Positions 1 to 9,528 of a stretch of 64,000 nucleotides of DNA are shown piece after piece. Every line of letters begins with the position of its first letter. Position 1 is the stretch's first letter. The notes under the pieces are model-generated. The model did not search any database. It was given only the letters and a program-made list of their open reading frames with translations, and was not told the DNA's origin. The stretch lies in contig OY762492.1 of assembly GCA_963665845.2 (NCBI GenBank), forward strand, positions 1,184,001 through 1,248,000, given 5' to 3'. The position numbers were made by a program, and so were the translations under genes. The DNA is from Candidatus Poribacteria bacterium. GTDB lineage: Bacteria > Poribacteria > WGA-4E > GCA-2687025.

Positions 1-559
1 TTTCGATGAGCCTGTCGAAACGCAGGCGGCGCGCGCGGCTCCGTATCTCCTCGGCAAACTTGCGGAAATGGGGGCGGCGCGCCTCCCGCGTCAAACAGCG
101 TTCATACAGCAAGACCGCCGCGCCGCGCCGCCCGGCGTTTTCCAGCGCTTCCGCTGTCAGAAACTCGCAGTCCGCCGCGTCCTCCTCGTTCAGATACCGG
201 CGCAGGTTGAGCGCGCCAACGGGCGTCTTGAGGCGCGTCAGCAGTTTATCGAGCGTCTCCAGCGCTTCTTCGGGCTGCTCCGCTAGAAGAAGCGCGAGGA
301 GGTCGTAGCACAAGGTATGGGGCGTTTCGGGGCGCGGTTTTGTTTCGCGGTCATAGTCGCGCCGTTTCGCTTCATCGGTCAAGGTTTGATACGCTTCTAC
401 GATCTCTTCAAACAGCGCATGGGCGCGCGGATTGCCGCGGTTTTTATCGGGATGCCTCCGCTTCGCCAGCGTCCGAAAAGCGCCGCGTATCTCCTGTTCA
501 GAGGCGTCTCTTGAAACGCCCAGCGCGGCGTAATGATCCTGTGTCGAACGTCGTTTCAA
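1..559 (-). CDS. DnaJ (J-domain) protein, runs off the window start (3' end missing)
   Basis: Not in the ORF track. Manual minus-strand translation from TTG at 559 gives ...QDHYAALGVSRDASEQEIRGAFRTLAKRRHPDKNRGNPRAHALFEEIVEAYQTLTDEAKRRDYD..., a J-domain with HPD motif followed by a helical region; open to base 1. Confidence 0.85.
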   Translation of the reverse strand, partial: MKRRSTQDHYAALGVSRDASEQEIRGAFRTLAKRRHPDKNRGNPRAHALFEEIVEAYQTLTDEAKRRDYDRETKPRPETPHTLCYDLLALLLAEQPEEALETLDKLLTRLKTPVGALNLRRYLNEEDAADCEFLTAEALENAGRRGAAVLLYERCLTREARRPHFRKFAEEIRSRARRLRFDRLIE

Positions 560-620
560 TCTGCAGCTCTCATTCGCTCCGTTTCTTTATGTTAAAGTAA
601 AACCGCCGCTTTGCCAACTG

Positions 621-739
621 CCGCTTCCGCGGGGGCATGCGTTCCCGCCCCTTCGGTGAAACGCGCGGGAATCTAGAGGCGTCGCAGAAACCGCCCGCGT
701 TCGCCCGCCGCCATGTCCCAACTTAAGACGTGAGGTCAG
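621..739. mobile_element. Partial MITE copy (family A), one TIR retained
   Basis: Ends in atgtcccaacttaagacgtgaggtcag; the internal part matches the reverse complement of the elements at 28417 and 31304. Confidence 0.75.
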
Positions 740-747
740 AGGATAGA

Positions 748-775
748 TTGACAATCCAAGCGTATGGAGTATCAT
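748..775 (+). promoter_or_regulatory. sigma70-like promoter of argC
   Basis: TTGACA-16 nt-TATCAT, followed by SD AGGAGG and ATG at 799. Confidence 0.55.
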
Positions 776-798
776 GCGTTAATGATAGGAGGAACGCC

Positions 799-1842
799 AT
801 GAAAATCGCCATTGTCGGAGCGACCAGTTACACCAGCGTCGAATTGATACGCCTGCTCGCCGCGCATCCGGGCGGGATCGATCTTGCCGTTCTCACCTCG
901 CGCACCGAAGCGGGCCGCCCCATCGTCGACTTCGCGCCGAACCTGCGCGGATACTGCGATTTGACGCTGGAGACGACCGCCGTTGAGACGCTGACAGGGC
1001 GCGTTGACGCCGCCGTACTTGCCGTCCCGCACCGCGCCGCGATGGAGTACGCCCCCGCGCTGCTGAACGAAGGCGTCCGCGTCCTGGATTTCAGCGCCGA
1101 CTACCGCCTCAAAGAGGTCTCCACCTATGAACGCTGGTACGACGCCGAGCATACCAGCCCCGAGCTGCTGCCGTCCGCCGTGTACGGTTTGCCGGAACTG
1201 TACCGTCAGAAAATCGCCGGCGCGGACCTTGTCGCCAATCCTGGCTGTTACCCGACGAGCGCCGTTTTTGCGTTACTTCCCGCCGTCGAGGAGCGTATGA
1301 TCGACATGGGCGGGATTGTTGTCGACTCGAAGTCTGGGCTGTCGGGCGCGGGGCGCAAGCTGAATGAAAAGATTCTGTTTTCGTCGCGGCAAGAAAATGT
1401 CGCCGCATACGGTATCGCCTCGCACCGCCACACGCCTGAAATGGAGCAGGAGCTGCAAGCGGCAAGCGGCAACCCTGATCTGCGCGTCGGGTTCACTCCC
1501 CATTATATGCCGATGACGCGCGGCATTCTGACGGCGGCTTATGCCCCCTTGACGCGCCCGCTTTCGCTGGAGGAGATTCATGCATTTTATGAGCGGCGCT
1601 ACGCGAATGAGCCGTTCATACAGACGCTCCCGCCGGGCGAATCCGCCGAAACGAAGGCGGTTTACGGCAGCAACAACGTCCATGTCGGCGTTGCGGTTGA
1701 TGAGCGCGTGAACAGGCTGATTGTCACGTGCGCGCTGGACAACCTCGGCAAAGGAGCCGCCGGCGCCGCGCTGCAGAACCTGAACCTGATGGCAGGGCTG
1801 GACGAGACGGCGGGGCTGCGCTTCCCGGGCGTCATGCCGTAG
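799..1842 (+). CDS. argC: N-acetyl-gamma-glutamyl-phosphate reductase
   Basis: MKIAIVGATSYT Rossmann start, VANPGCYPT catalytic motif, DNLGKGAAG motif; strong SD before 799. Confidence 0.97.
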   Translation: MKIAIVGATSYTSVELIRLLAAHPGGIDLAVLTSRTEAGRPIVDFAPNLRGYCDLTLETTAVETLTGRVDAAVLAVPHRAAMEYAPALLNEGVRVLDFSADYRLKEVSTYERWYDAEHTSPELLPSAVYGLPELYRQKIAGADLVANPGCYPTSAVFALLPAVEERMIDMGGIVVDSKSGLSGAGRKLNEKILFSSRQENVAAYGIASHRHTPEMEQELQAASGNPDLRVGFTPHYMPMTRGILTAAYAPLTRPLSLEEIHAFYERRYANEPFIQTLPPGESAETKAVYGSNNVHVGVAVDERVNRLIVTCALDNLGKGAAGAALQNLNLMAGLDETAGLRFPGVMP

Positions 1843-1853
1843 AAAGACGCAGG

Positions 1854-3056
1854 ATGAACCTGAAAAATCGGACGCTGTTTATCGCGGACAATCTGGACAT
1901 CATGCGCGGGATCGATTCGGAGAGCGTCGACCTGATTTATCTGGACCCGCCTTTCAACAAGAAGAAGCGGTTTAAGGCGCCCATCGGATCCCCTGCTGAA
2001 GGGGCGACATTCAAGGACATTTGGACAGACGAAGACGTCAAAGAGGAATGGCGCGGAGAAATCGCTGCCCAGCATCAAGACCTGTACGGCGCAATCAAAT
2101 TGGTCGGCTCCATCTACGACGAGTCGATGGCGATCTACATGACGGCGATGTCGATCCGTCTTTTTGAAATGCAGCGCATCTTGAAAAAAACGGGCAGCGT
2201 CTATCTCCATTGCGATCCGACAGCGAGCCATTACCTGAAAATCTGCATGGACAGCATCTTCGGAAAATCCAGTTTCCAAAACGAAATCGCATGGGCTTAC
2301 CGCACAGGCGGCGTGAGTAAAAAACGATGGCCTCGAAAGCATGACACGATTCTGTTCTATGCAAGCTCGAACGCTTACCGCCATCAGCCGCCAAAGGAAA
2401 GAATCTATTACGAGAAACCGTTTTTTTCCCAAAACCAAGACGATGAAGGGCGCCATTACGCTGACGTCTATGTTCGAGACGTTTGGGACGACATTAAGCC
2501 GATTATCAACACATCCAAAGAGCGCACCGGCTGGCCGACGCAGAAGCCGCTGACGCTGTTAGAGCGCATTATCAAAGCCTCTTCGAACGAAGGGGATCTT
2601 GTGTTTGACCCGTTCTGCGGCTGCGCGACGGCATGCGTCGCCGCCGAACTTCTAGGGCGGCGTTGGGTCGGCATTGACATATCGGCCAGCGCCGAGGTGA
2701 TCACAAAATACCGCCTGGATGAGGCGCGGCATAATCTGGAAGGGACGCAAACCTTCGACCCTGAAGCGGATGTGATCGTCCTGCGCGAGCCGCCGAAGCG
2801 CACCGACATCCAGATTCCGAAGCCGATTGAACATAAACCGGCTCTCTACGGCAAACAGAACGGAGAATGCGCAGGCTGCAAGATTCATTTTCCGTATCGG
2901 AACATGACAATCGACCATATCCATCCGCGCGCTAGAGGCGGCGCCGACACGCCCGACAACTTGCAGCTGCTGTGCCACGCCTGCAACTCTGCCAAGGGAA
3001 CAGGGACGCAGGAGGAGCTGTTAGCGAAGTTGCGCGATCGGGGCGTTATTGAATAA
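1854..3056 (+). CDS. beta-class N6/N4 DNA methyltransferase fused to C-terminal HNH endonuclease, copy 1
   Basis: LIYLDPPF (motif IV) precedes FDPFCGCAT (motif I); PTQKP motif; C-terminal CxxC...DHIHP...GG...NLQLLCxxCN HNH/Zn fold. Confidence 0.9.
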   Translation: MNLKNRTLFIADNLDIMRGIDSESVDLIYLDPPFNKKKRFKAPIGSPAEGATFKDIWTDEDVKEEWRGEIAAQHQDLYGAIKLVGSIYDESMAIYMTAMSIRLFEMQRILKKTGSVYLHCDPTASHYLKICMDSIFGKSSFQNEIAWAYRTGGVSKKRWPRKHDTILFYASSNAYRHQPPKERIYYEKPFFSQNQDDEGRHYADVYVRDVWDDIKPIINTSKERTGWPTQKPLTLLERIIKASSNEGDLVFDPFCGCATACVAAELLGRRWVGIDISASAEVITKYRLDEARHNLEGTQTFDPEADVIVLREPPKRTDIQIPKPIEHKPALYGKQNGECAGCKIHFPYRNMTIDHIHPRARGGADTPDNLQLLCHACNSAKGTGTQEELLAKLRDRGVIE

Positions 3057-3068
3057 GGGAGAGCGAAC

Positions 3069-4280
3069 ATGAACCTGAAAAATCGGACGCTGTTTATCGC
3101 CGACAATCTGGACATCATGCGCGGGATCGATTCGGAGAGCGTTGACCTGATCTATCTTGACCCGCCCTTCAACACGAAGCGGGAGTATAAAGCTCCGATC
3201 GGATCGCCCGCTGAAGGCGCGACTTTCAAAGACATCTGGACAGACGAAGACGTCAAGGAAGAGTGGCGCGGGGAAATCGCTGCCCAGCATCAAGACCTGT
3301 ATGAAGTCATTAAAGCGGCGGACGCGCTCTACGATCCATCGATGTCGATCTACATGACCGCTATGGCTGTCCGTCTTTTTGAAATGAAGCGCATTTTGAA
3401 AAAAACGGGGTGCGTTTACCTGCATTGCGACCCGACAGCGAGCCACTACCTTAAGATCATTATGGACTCGATCTTCAAGGCAGGGAATTTCCAAAGCGAG
3501 GTGATATGGGGGTATCGGACGCAGGGCGTGAGCAAAGCGAGATGGCCCAGAAAGCATGATGTGCTTTTACATTACGGCGGCGGAAAGAAGCCGACCTTCC
3601 ATCCGCAGATGCAGCGACTCATCTATGAAAAGCCGTTTCGCCATACGAAAATAGACGAGGAGGGGCGGCATTATGCGGATGTGTATGTGCGGGATGTTTG
3701 GGACGACGACCCTGAAACGAAGGCTCTAATCAGCCAGTCTCTAGAGCGCACCGGCTGGCCGACGCAGAAACCGTTGGCGCTGCTGAAGCGCATTATCAAG
3801 GCGTCCTCCAACGAAGGCGATCTTGTGTTTGATCCGTTCTGCGGCTGCGCGACCGCATGCGTCGCCGCGGAGCTTCTAGGGCGGCGATGGGTCGGCATCG
3901 ATATTTCTCCAAGCGCGGAGGTCATCACGAAATACCGGCTGGACGAGGCGCGGCATAACCTGGAAGGAACGCAAACCTTCGACCCAGAAGCGGATGTGAT
4001 CGTTCTGCGCGAACCGCCGAAACGTACCGATATTCAGATTCCAAAGCCGATTGAACATAAACCGGCTCTCTACGGCAAACAGAACGGAGAATGCACAGGC
4101 TGCAAGATTCATTTTCCGTATCGGAACATGACGATCGACCATATCCATCCGCGCGCTAGAGGCGGCGCCGACACGCCCGACAACCTGCAGCTGCTGTGCC
4201 ATGCATGCAACTCGGCTAAAGGAACCGGGACCCAAGAGGAGCTGTTAGTGAAGTTGCGCGAGCGCGGCGTTATCAAATAA
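3069..4280 (+). CDS. DNA methyltransferase-HNH fusion, copy 2
   Basis: Same motifs as copy 1 with a different central segment; preceded by spacer taagggagagcgaacATG. Confidence 0.9.
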   Translation: MNLKNRTLFIADNLDIMRGIDSESVDLIYLDPPFNTKREYKAPIGSPAEGATFKDIWTDEDVKEEWRGEIAAQHQDLYEVIKAADALYDPSMSIYMTAMAVRLFEMKRILKKTGCVYLHCDPTASHYLKIIMDSIFKAGNFQSEVIWGYRTQGVSKARWPRKHDVLLHYGGGKKPTFHPQMQRLIYEKPFRHTKIDEEGRHYADVYVRDVWDDDPETKALISQSLERTGWPTQKPLALLKRIIKASSNEGDLVFDPFCGCATACVAAELLGRRWVGIDISPSAEVITKYRLDEARHNLEGTQTFDPEADVIVLREPPKRTDIQIPKPIEHKPALYGKQNGECTGCKIHFPYRNMTIDHIHPRARGGADTPDNLQLLCHACNSAKGTGTQEELLVKLRERGVIK

Positions 4281-4292
4281 GGGAGAGCGAAC

Positions 4293-5555
4293 ATGAACCT
4301 GAAAAATCGGACGCTGTTTATCGCCGACAATCTGGACATCATGCGCGGGATCGATTCGGAGAGCGTTGACCTGATTTATCTGGACCCGCCTTTCAACAAG
4401 AAAAAGCGGTTTAAGGCGCCCATCGGATCTCCCGCTGAAGGGGCGACATTCAAGGACATTTGGACAGACGAAGACGTCAAAGAAGAGTGGCGCGGGGAAA
4501 TCGCGTCGCGGCATCAAGACCTGTATGACAACATCCAAACGGCGGGAAAGATTTACGATCCGTCAATGGCGATCTACATGACGGCGATGTCGGTGCGCCT
4601 CTTTGAAATGCGGCGGATTTTGAAAAAGACCGGCAGCATCTACCTGCATTGCGACCAGACGGCGAACCATTACCTGAAAGTCTGTATGGACGCCATCTTC
4701 GGCAAAAACAACTTTCGCAACGAGATCATCTGGGCGTATAAGGGTCCGTCCAACGTCCGCCGCTGGTTTCCTAGAAAACATGATGTCGTCCTGTTTTATG
4801 TCAAGTCGAGAGCCGCTGCCTTCAATGCGGACGCTGTCCGCATCCCTTACAGCGAATCGTTCACTGCCAGAAGACAATACGACGAAGGCGAAGCGGGCAT
4901 CACAGCTGGCTATGCTGACGGCAGAACAGAAGAGGAAGTCTCGGAGCTGTTTGGGAATGGAAAAATTATCGAAGACTGGTGGGACGATATACCGAGCGGC
5001 GGACATATCAGCCGAAAAGAGCGCACCGGCTGGCCGACGCAGAAGCCGCTCAAGCTGTTAGACCGCGTCATCAAGGCGTCCTCCAACGAGGGCGATCTTG
5101 TGTTTGATCCGTTCTGCGGCTGCGCGACAGCATGCGTCGCCGCGGAACTTCTGGGCAGGCGTTGGGTCGGCATCGACATATCGGCCAGCGCGGAGGTGAT
5201 CACAAAATACCGCCTGGATGAGGCGCGGCATAACCTGGAAGGGACGCAAACCTTCGATCCTGAAGCGGATGTGATCGTTCTGCGCGAACCGCCGAAGCGT
5301 ACCGATATTCAGATTCCGAAGCCGATTGAACATAAACCGGCGCTCTACGGCAAACAGAACGGAGAATGCGCAGGCTGCAAGATTCATTTTCCGTATCGGA
5401 ATATGACAATTGACCATATACGCCCGCGCGCTAGAGGCGGCGTTGACACCGTCGACAACCTGCAGCTGCTGTGCCACGCCTGCAACTCCGCCAAAGGGAC
5501 CGGGACGCAGGAGGAGCTGATAGCGAAGTTGCGCGAGCGGGGCGTTATTGAATGA
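4293..5555 (+). CDS. DNA methyltransferase-HNH fusion, copy 3
   Basis: Same motifs; longest central segment; identical spacer taagggagagcgaacATG. Confidence 0.9.
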   Translation: MNLKNRTLFIADNLDIMRGIDSESVDLIYLDPPFNKKKRFKAPIGSPAEGATFKDIWTDEDVKEEWRGEIASRHQDLYDNIQTAGKIYDPSMAIYMTAMSVRLFEMRRILKKTGSIYLHCDQTANHYLKVCMDAIFGKNNFRNEIIWAYKGPSNVRRWFPRKHDVVLFYVKSRAAAFNADAVRIPYSESFTARRQYDEGEAGITAGYADGRTEEEVSELFGNGKIIEDWWDDIPSGGHISRKERTGWPTQKPLKLLDRVIKASSNEGDLVFDPFCGCATACVAAELLGRRWVGIDISASAEVITKYRLDEARHNLEGTQTFDPEADVIVLREPPKRTDIQIPKPIEHKPALYGKQNGECAGCKIHFPYRNMTIDHIRPRARGGVDTVDNLQLLCHACNSAKGTGTQEELIAKLRERGVIE

Positions 5556-5627
5556 GCGGCGCTCAATGGACAACTGCGAGCTTTTACGTTATTCTTATGG
5601 TGTCAGGCGAAATAGAAAGGATGCAGC

Positions 5628-5933
5628 ATGGCGACCATTACGCGCGTTTCCGGCGGATTTAAGAACGATGCGCTGTCTTTGAAAATTACAAGCGGATCGT
5701 TGATTGAGTGGACAGACAGCCGCGGCGTCGGAAACTGGATCGTAGTGGAAGCGAACGGAACGCTTGAAGGCCAATGCTCATTCGGCGGCGGTCTTGGCGA
5801 TGTGAAGCTGATTTCTGAAGACAAGGTGTTTGTCGGGCAAGCGCTGATCAAACACGCGCAGATAACGCCGATGTCGACACGATTTGATCTGCTGGGAACG
5901 GACGATCTTGTACGTCAAAGGCTGGAGCCGTGA
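5628..5933 (+). CDS. Hypothetical 101-aa protein inside the MTase-HNH array
   Basis: SD gaaagga upstream; its stop overlaps the GTG start of copy 4 (GTGA coupling). Confidence 0.6.
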   Translation: MATITRVSGGFKNDALSLKITSGSLIEWTDSRGVGNWIVVEANGTLEGQCSFGGGLGDVKLISEDKVFVGQALIKHAQITPMSTRFDLLGTDDLVRQRLEP

Positions 5934-7150
5934 ATCTCAAAAATCGCACGCTGTTTATCGCCGACAATCTGGACATCATGCGCGGGATCGATTCCGAAAG
6001 CGTTGACCTGATTTATCTTGACCCGCCCTTCAACACGAAACGGGAGTATAAAGCCCCCATCGGATCGCCCGCTGAAGGCGCGACTTTCAAAGACATTTGG
6101 ACAGACGAAGACGTCAAAGAAGAATGGCGCGGAGAGATCGCGTCGCGGCATCAGGATTTATACGAAGCCATCAAAGCGACCGAGACGATTTACGACAGGT
6201 CAATGGCGATCTACATGACCTCCATGTCGATCCGTCTTTTTGAGATGCGGCGCATCTTGAAAGATACGGGAAGCATTTACCTGCATTGCGACCCGACAGC
6301 GAGCCACTACCTCAAAACATGCATGGACAGCATTTTTGGAAAATCCAATTTCCGAAATGAGATCGTGTGGTGGTACTACAATGTCGCCGTCACCAGCAAA
6401 AAATTCTACGGCAGAAAGCACGACATCATCTTATTCTACTCAAAGAAATCGAACTGGACATTCAATCCTGACAGCGTCCGCGTTCCTTACGCGGAGGACA
6501 GCAACTGGGTCAAAAATGCGGAAAGCTACGGAGACGAGCGGTATAAGCCAGACGAGAGAGGAAAATTGTCGTCCGACGTTTTTGCGATTCCAACCATAAA
6601 CAACATGGCTAAAGAGCGCACGGGTTGGCCGACTCAAAAGCCGTTGGCTCTTTTGGATCGGATCATCAAAGCGTCCTCCAAAGAAGGCGATTATGTGTTC
6701 GATCCGTTTTGCGGCTGCGCGACAGCATGCGTCGCCGCGGAACTTCTGGGCAGGCGGTGGGTCGGCATCGACATCTCCCCCAGCGCGGAGGTGATCACAA
6801 AATACCGCTTAGACGAAGCCCGCCATACGCTGGAAGGAACGCAGACCTTCGACCCTGAAGCGGATGTCATCGTCCTGCGCGAACCGCCGAAACGAACCGA
6901 CATCAAAGAGCCTCGCCCCGCCGATTTCAAACCGCAGCTCTACAGTAAGCAGAACGGAGAATGCACAGGCTGCAGGATTCATTTTCCGTATCGGAACATG
7001 ACGATAGACCATATCCGCGCAAAGTCGAGGGGCGGGCCGGACACCGTCGACAACCTGCAGCTGCTTTGCCACGCCTGTAACTCCGCCAAAGGGACCGGGA
7101 CGCAGGAGGAGCTGTTAGCGAAGTTGCGAGAGCGCGGCGTTATCGAATAA
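5930..7150 (+). CDS. DNA methyltransferase-HNH fusion, copy 4
   Basis: Same motifs, fourth distinct central segment; GTG start. Confidence 0.9.
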   Translation: MNLKNRTLFIADNLDIMRGIDSESVDLIYLDPPFNTKREYKAPIGSPAEGATFKDIWTDEDVKEEWRGEIASRHQDLYEAIKATETIYDRSMAIYMTSMSIRLFEMRRILKDTGSIYLHCDPTASHYLKTCMDSIFGKSNFRNEIVWWYYNVAVTSKKFYGRKHDIILFYSKKSNWTFNPDSVRVPYAEDSNWVKNAESYGDERYKPDERGKLSSDVFAIPTINNMAKERTGWPTQKPLALLDRIIKASSKEGDYVFDPFCGCATACVAAELLGRRWVGIDISPSAEVITKYRLDEARHTLEGTQTFDPEADVIVLREPPKRTDIKEPRPADFKPQLYSKQNGECTGCRIHFPYRNMTIDHIRAKSRGGPDTVDNLQLLCHACNSAKGTGTQEELLAKLRERGVIE

Positions 7151-7279
7151 ATTTGACACCAAGCTACGAATATGGCATGGTTATGTTCGGTCGTTCAGAT
7201 ACGCTGGGTCGCAAGAAACTTCAAGGTCGCGCGTTGCCTACTGAAGTAAGCTGACGCGCAAACACATAAGGGGTTCAAC

Positions 7280-7744
7280 ATGTGGGTGGTAAAAGAGGAT
7301 AAAGTTCATCTTTACTTTGTGGTATGGAATTCTCATATCCAGATCGCGGAGGACAACAACGCAAAACATGGGCGATCCGACAGCGCATTCGATTACGCCT
7401 TGAGAGAAATTCCAGGCATTGAACATCATGATGGGAGTCATGACGTTACCGCTGCATATCCGTTCTCTGATGGGGAACTCGTTCACGGAGAACGCTTAAA
7501 GGCATGGCTCAAAGCAGAAAGAGACGGCGACGATGTTGGTCCGATCGTTGTCGATATTACGAAGGATGGCAACGAGTGGAAAGCGGAGATTATTAACTTT
7601 GAACCTGACGCGGATGGAAGTCGCAGCAAAATCTATGGCAACAGAAGAAATACAAGCGACGATCCGCAAAGAGGTAGGAATAATTTAATAAGATTTTTGG
7701 AAGAATTAGCGGAAATAAAGCGAAATCAGAATGAACGCAGCTGA
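7280..7744 (+). CDS. Hypothetical protein in an AT-richer segment
   Basis: 154-aa ORF with SD-like aagggg; composition visibly more AT-rich than the flanking housekeeping genes. Confidence 0.6.
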   Translation: MWVVKEDKVHLYFVVWNSHIQIAEDNNAKHGRSDSAFDYALREIPGIEHHDGSHDVTAAYPFSDGELVHGERLKAWLKAERDGDDVGPIVVDITKDGNEWKAEIINFEPDADGSRSKIYGNRRNTSDDPQRGRNNLIRFLEELAEIKRNQNERS

Positions 7745-7855
7745 AGTGCTTTCTTTCAGTTTTTCGCTAGCCAAGGCCTGCATCCACACCGCCAAAAGAT
7801 AGCGCCCTCGCCCTCTTTGCGCTAAAATGCGTTTATCGCAAGTTGAGGGCAAAAC

Positions 7856-8800
7856 GTGAATATCCTCGTCCGCGGCGCATTCTACCGCCAATTTGAACAG
7901 CGGCTCAAAGAGGCGGCGCCGAACGCCCGCTTCATCCTCTTTGAAGACCGCGCGGAGATGCTGGAGCGCCTCCCAAAAGCGGACGCGCTCTACGGCGGCT
8001 CCCCGCGCGAGGACATGCTGGACCGCTGCGCCAAACTGCGCTGGATCCACATGCGCAGCGCCGGCGTCGACCGCTACTTTCCCCAACAGCTCGCCCAACG
8101 CGGCATCGCCCTCACGAACGGAAGCGGCGCCTACGACATCCCCATCGCCGAGCATGTGTTTGCGATGGCGCTGTCCCTCACCCGACAGATCAACCTGCAT
8201 ATACGCAACCAGCTTGAAAAGCGGTGGGAGCGCGGCGATAGACCCGCCGACCTGTACGGCAAAAACCTCGGCGTCTACGGCATGGGTTCCATCGGAACGC
8301 GCGTCGCGCAGATTGGAGCCGCCTTTGGAATGAAAGCGTACGGCGTCGCCCGCCGCGGACGTTCAAAGCCTGACTTTGCCGAAGCGTTATGGACGCCTGA
8401 TCGTTTAGACGACCTGCTGCGCCTGTCCGATCTGTTCGTCGTCTGCCTTCCGCTGACGAACGCGACGCGCAATTGCGTCGGCGCGCGCGAGTTTGGGTTG
8501 ATGAAGCAGACGGCGCTGTTCTTCAATATCGGGCGCGGCGCGACGGTGAACGCCGCCGCCTTGACGCGCGCCTTGACCGAAGGGCAGATTGCAGGCGCAG
8601 GGCTGGATGTAACAAACCCAGAGCCGCTGCCCGTAGAAAGCCCGTTGTGGGACATGCCGAATGTGATCTTGACGCCGCATGTCTCCGGGTCGTCCGCCGT
8701 CTCGGCGGAACGGGGGGAGGAGATCGCCATCGAGAATATACGCCGCTTCGCCGCCGGCGAACCGCTTTTGAATCTTGTCGACCCGCAGCATGGCTATTAA
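7856..8800 (+). CDS. D-2-hydroxyacid dehydrogenase family protein
   Basis: GMGSIG NAD-binding motif, NIGRG, GLDV..PEPLP, LTPHVSG. Confidence 0.93.
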   Translation: MNILVRGAFYRQFEQRLKEAAPNARFILFEDRAEMLERLPKADALYGGSPREDMLDRCAKLRWIHMRSAGVDRYFPQQLAQRGIALTNGSGAYDIPIAEHVFAMALSLTRQINLHIRNQLEKRWERGDRPADLYGKNLGVYGMGSIGTRVAQIGAAFGMKAYGVARRGRSKPDFAEALWTPDRLDDLLRLSDLFVVCLPLTNATRNCVGAREFGLMKQTALFFNIGRGATVNAAALTRALTEGQIAGAGLDVTNPEPLPVESPLWDMPNVILTPHVSGSSAVSAERGEEIAIENIRRFAAGEPLLNLVDPQHGY

Positions 8801-8816
8801 ACAGGAAAGGACGCCT

Positions 8817-9527
8817 ATGGAACCGCGCATCGTGCGGCTTGAACAGCTGACCCGAAAAGAGGCGTGGGAACGCATCCAGTCGGGAGATGTGAAACTCGCC
8901 GTTATACCGACCGGGAGCATTGAGCAGCATCTGACGCATTTGGCGATGATCCATGATATTCAGTCGGCGGCGATGGTCGCTGAAGATGTTGCCCGGCGGG
9001 TTTATCCGTCGGCTCTTGTCGCTGTTCCGATCAACGCCGGCATTTCGGAGCATCATATGGAGTTTCGGTTCGGCTCCATCACGATGAAGCCCGCCGCCTT
9101 TCAAGCGGCGCTCTGGGACGCCTGCGACAGCTTCATCCGCCATGGCATCGAAAACATCCTTATTCTGAACGGACACGGCGGCAACGTCGACCCGATGGAA
9201 GGCTCCGTCAACCAGTTTCGGCGTTATTTTCAAAAAAACATCCATTTCCGCTCCTACTGGGACTTTGTGCCGAAAGAGGCGGCAAACCGCTGGCTCGACA
9301 CAAAGAGCGTCCCGGGACACGCGCAGGAATACGAGACCTCCATGGCGCTCTATATGTTTCCTGAAAACGCGCGCATGGATGAGATCGCCAACTCGGACGA
9401 CGCAGGCGTCCGCGCGGCGACAGCGGAAAAAGGCGAGGCGCTGTATCGCGCCATGATCGAACCGCTGACCGAGTTTGTGAAAGCGATCATCGACGGGCGG
9501 GAGCAGGCAGAACTGACGGGGCTTTGA
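8817..9527 (+). CDS. Creatininase family amidohydrolase
   Basis: PTGSIEQH..HL...HD, SEHH, NGHGGN, GHA.EYETS motifs. Confidence 0.92.
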   Translation: MEPRIVRLEQLTRKEAWERIQSGDVKLAVIPTGSIEQHLTHLAMIHDIQSAAMVAEDVARRVYPSALVAVPINAGISEHHMEFRFGSITMKPAAFQAALWDACDSFIRHGIENILILNGHGGNVDPMEGSVNQFRRYFQKNIHFRSYWDFVPKEAANRWLDTKSVPGHAQEYETSMALYMFPENARMDEIANSDDAGVRAATAEKGEALYRAMIEPLTEFVKAIIDGREQAELTGL

Positions 9528-9528
9528 G

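Noticed and set aside
6-600. Plus-strand ORFs 6-308, 317-514 and 340-600
   Set aside because: The real gene is the minus-strand J-domain protein
1854-7150. Invertible shufflon or phase-variable hsdS-type locus
   Set aside because: All copies are complete and co-oriented; I saw no inverted repeats, recombinase or simple-sequence tract
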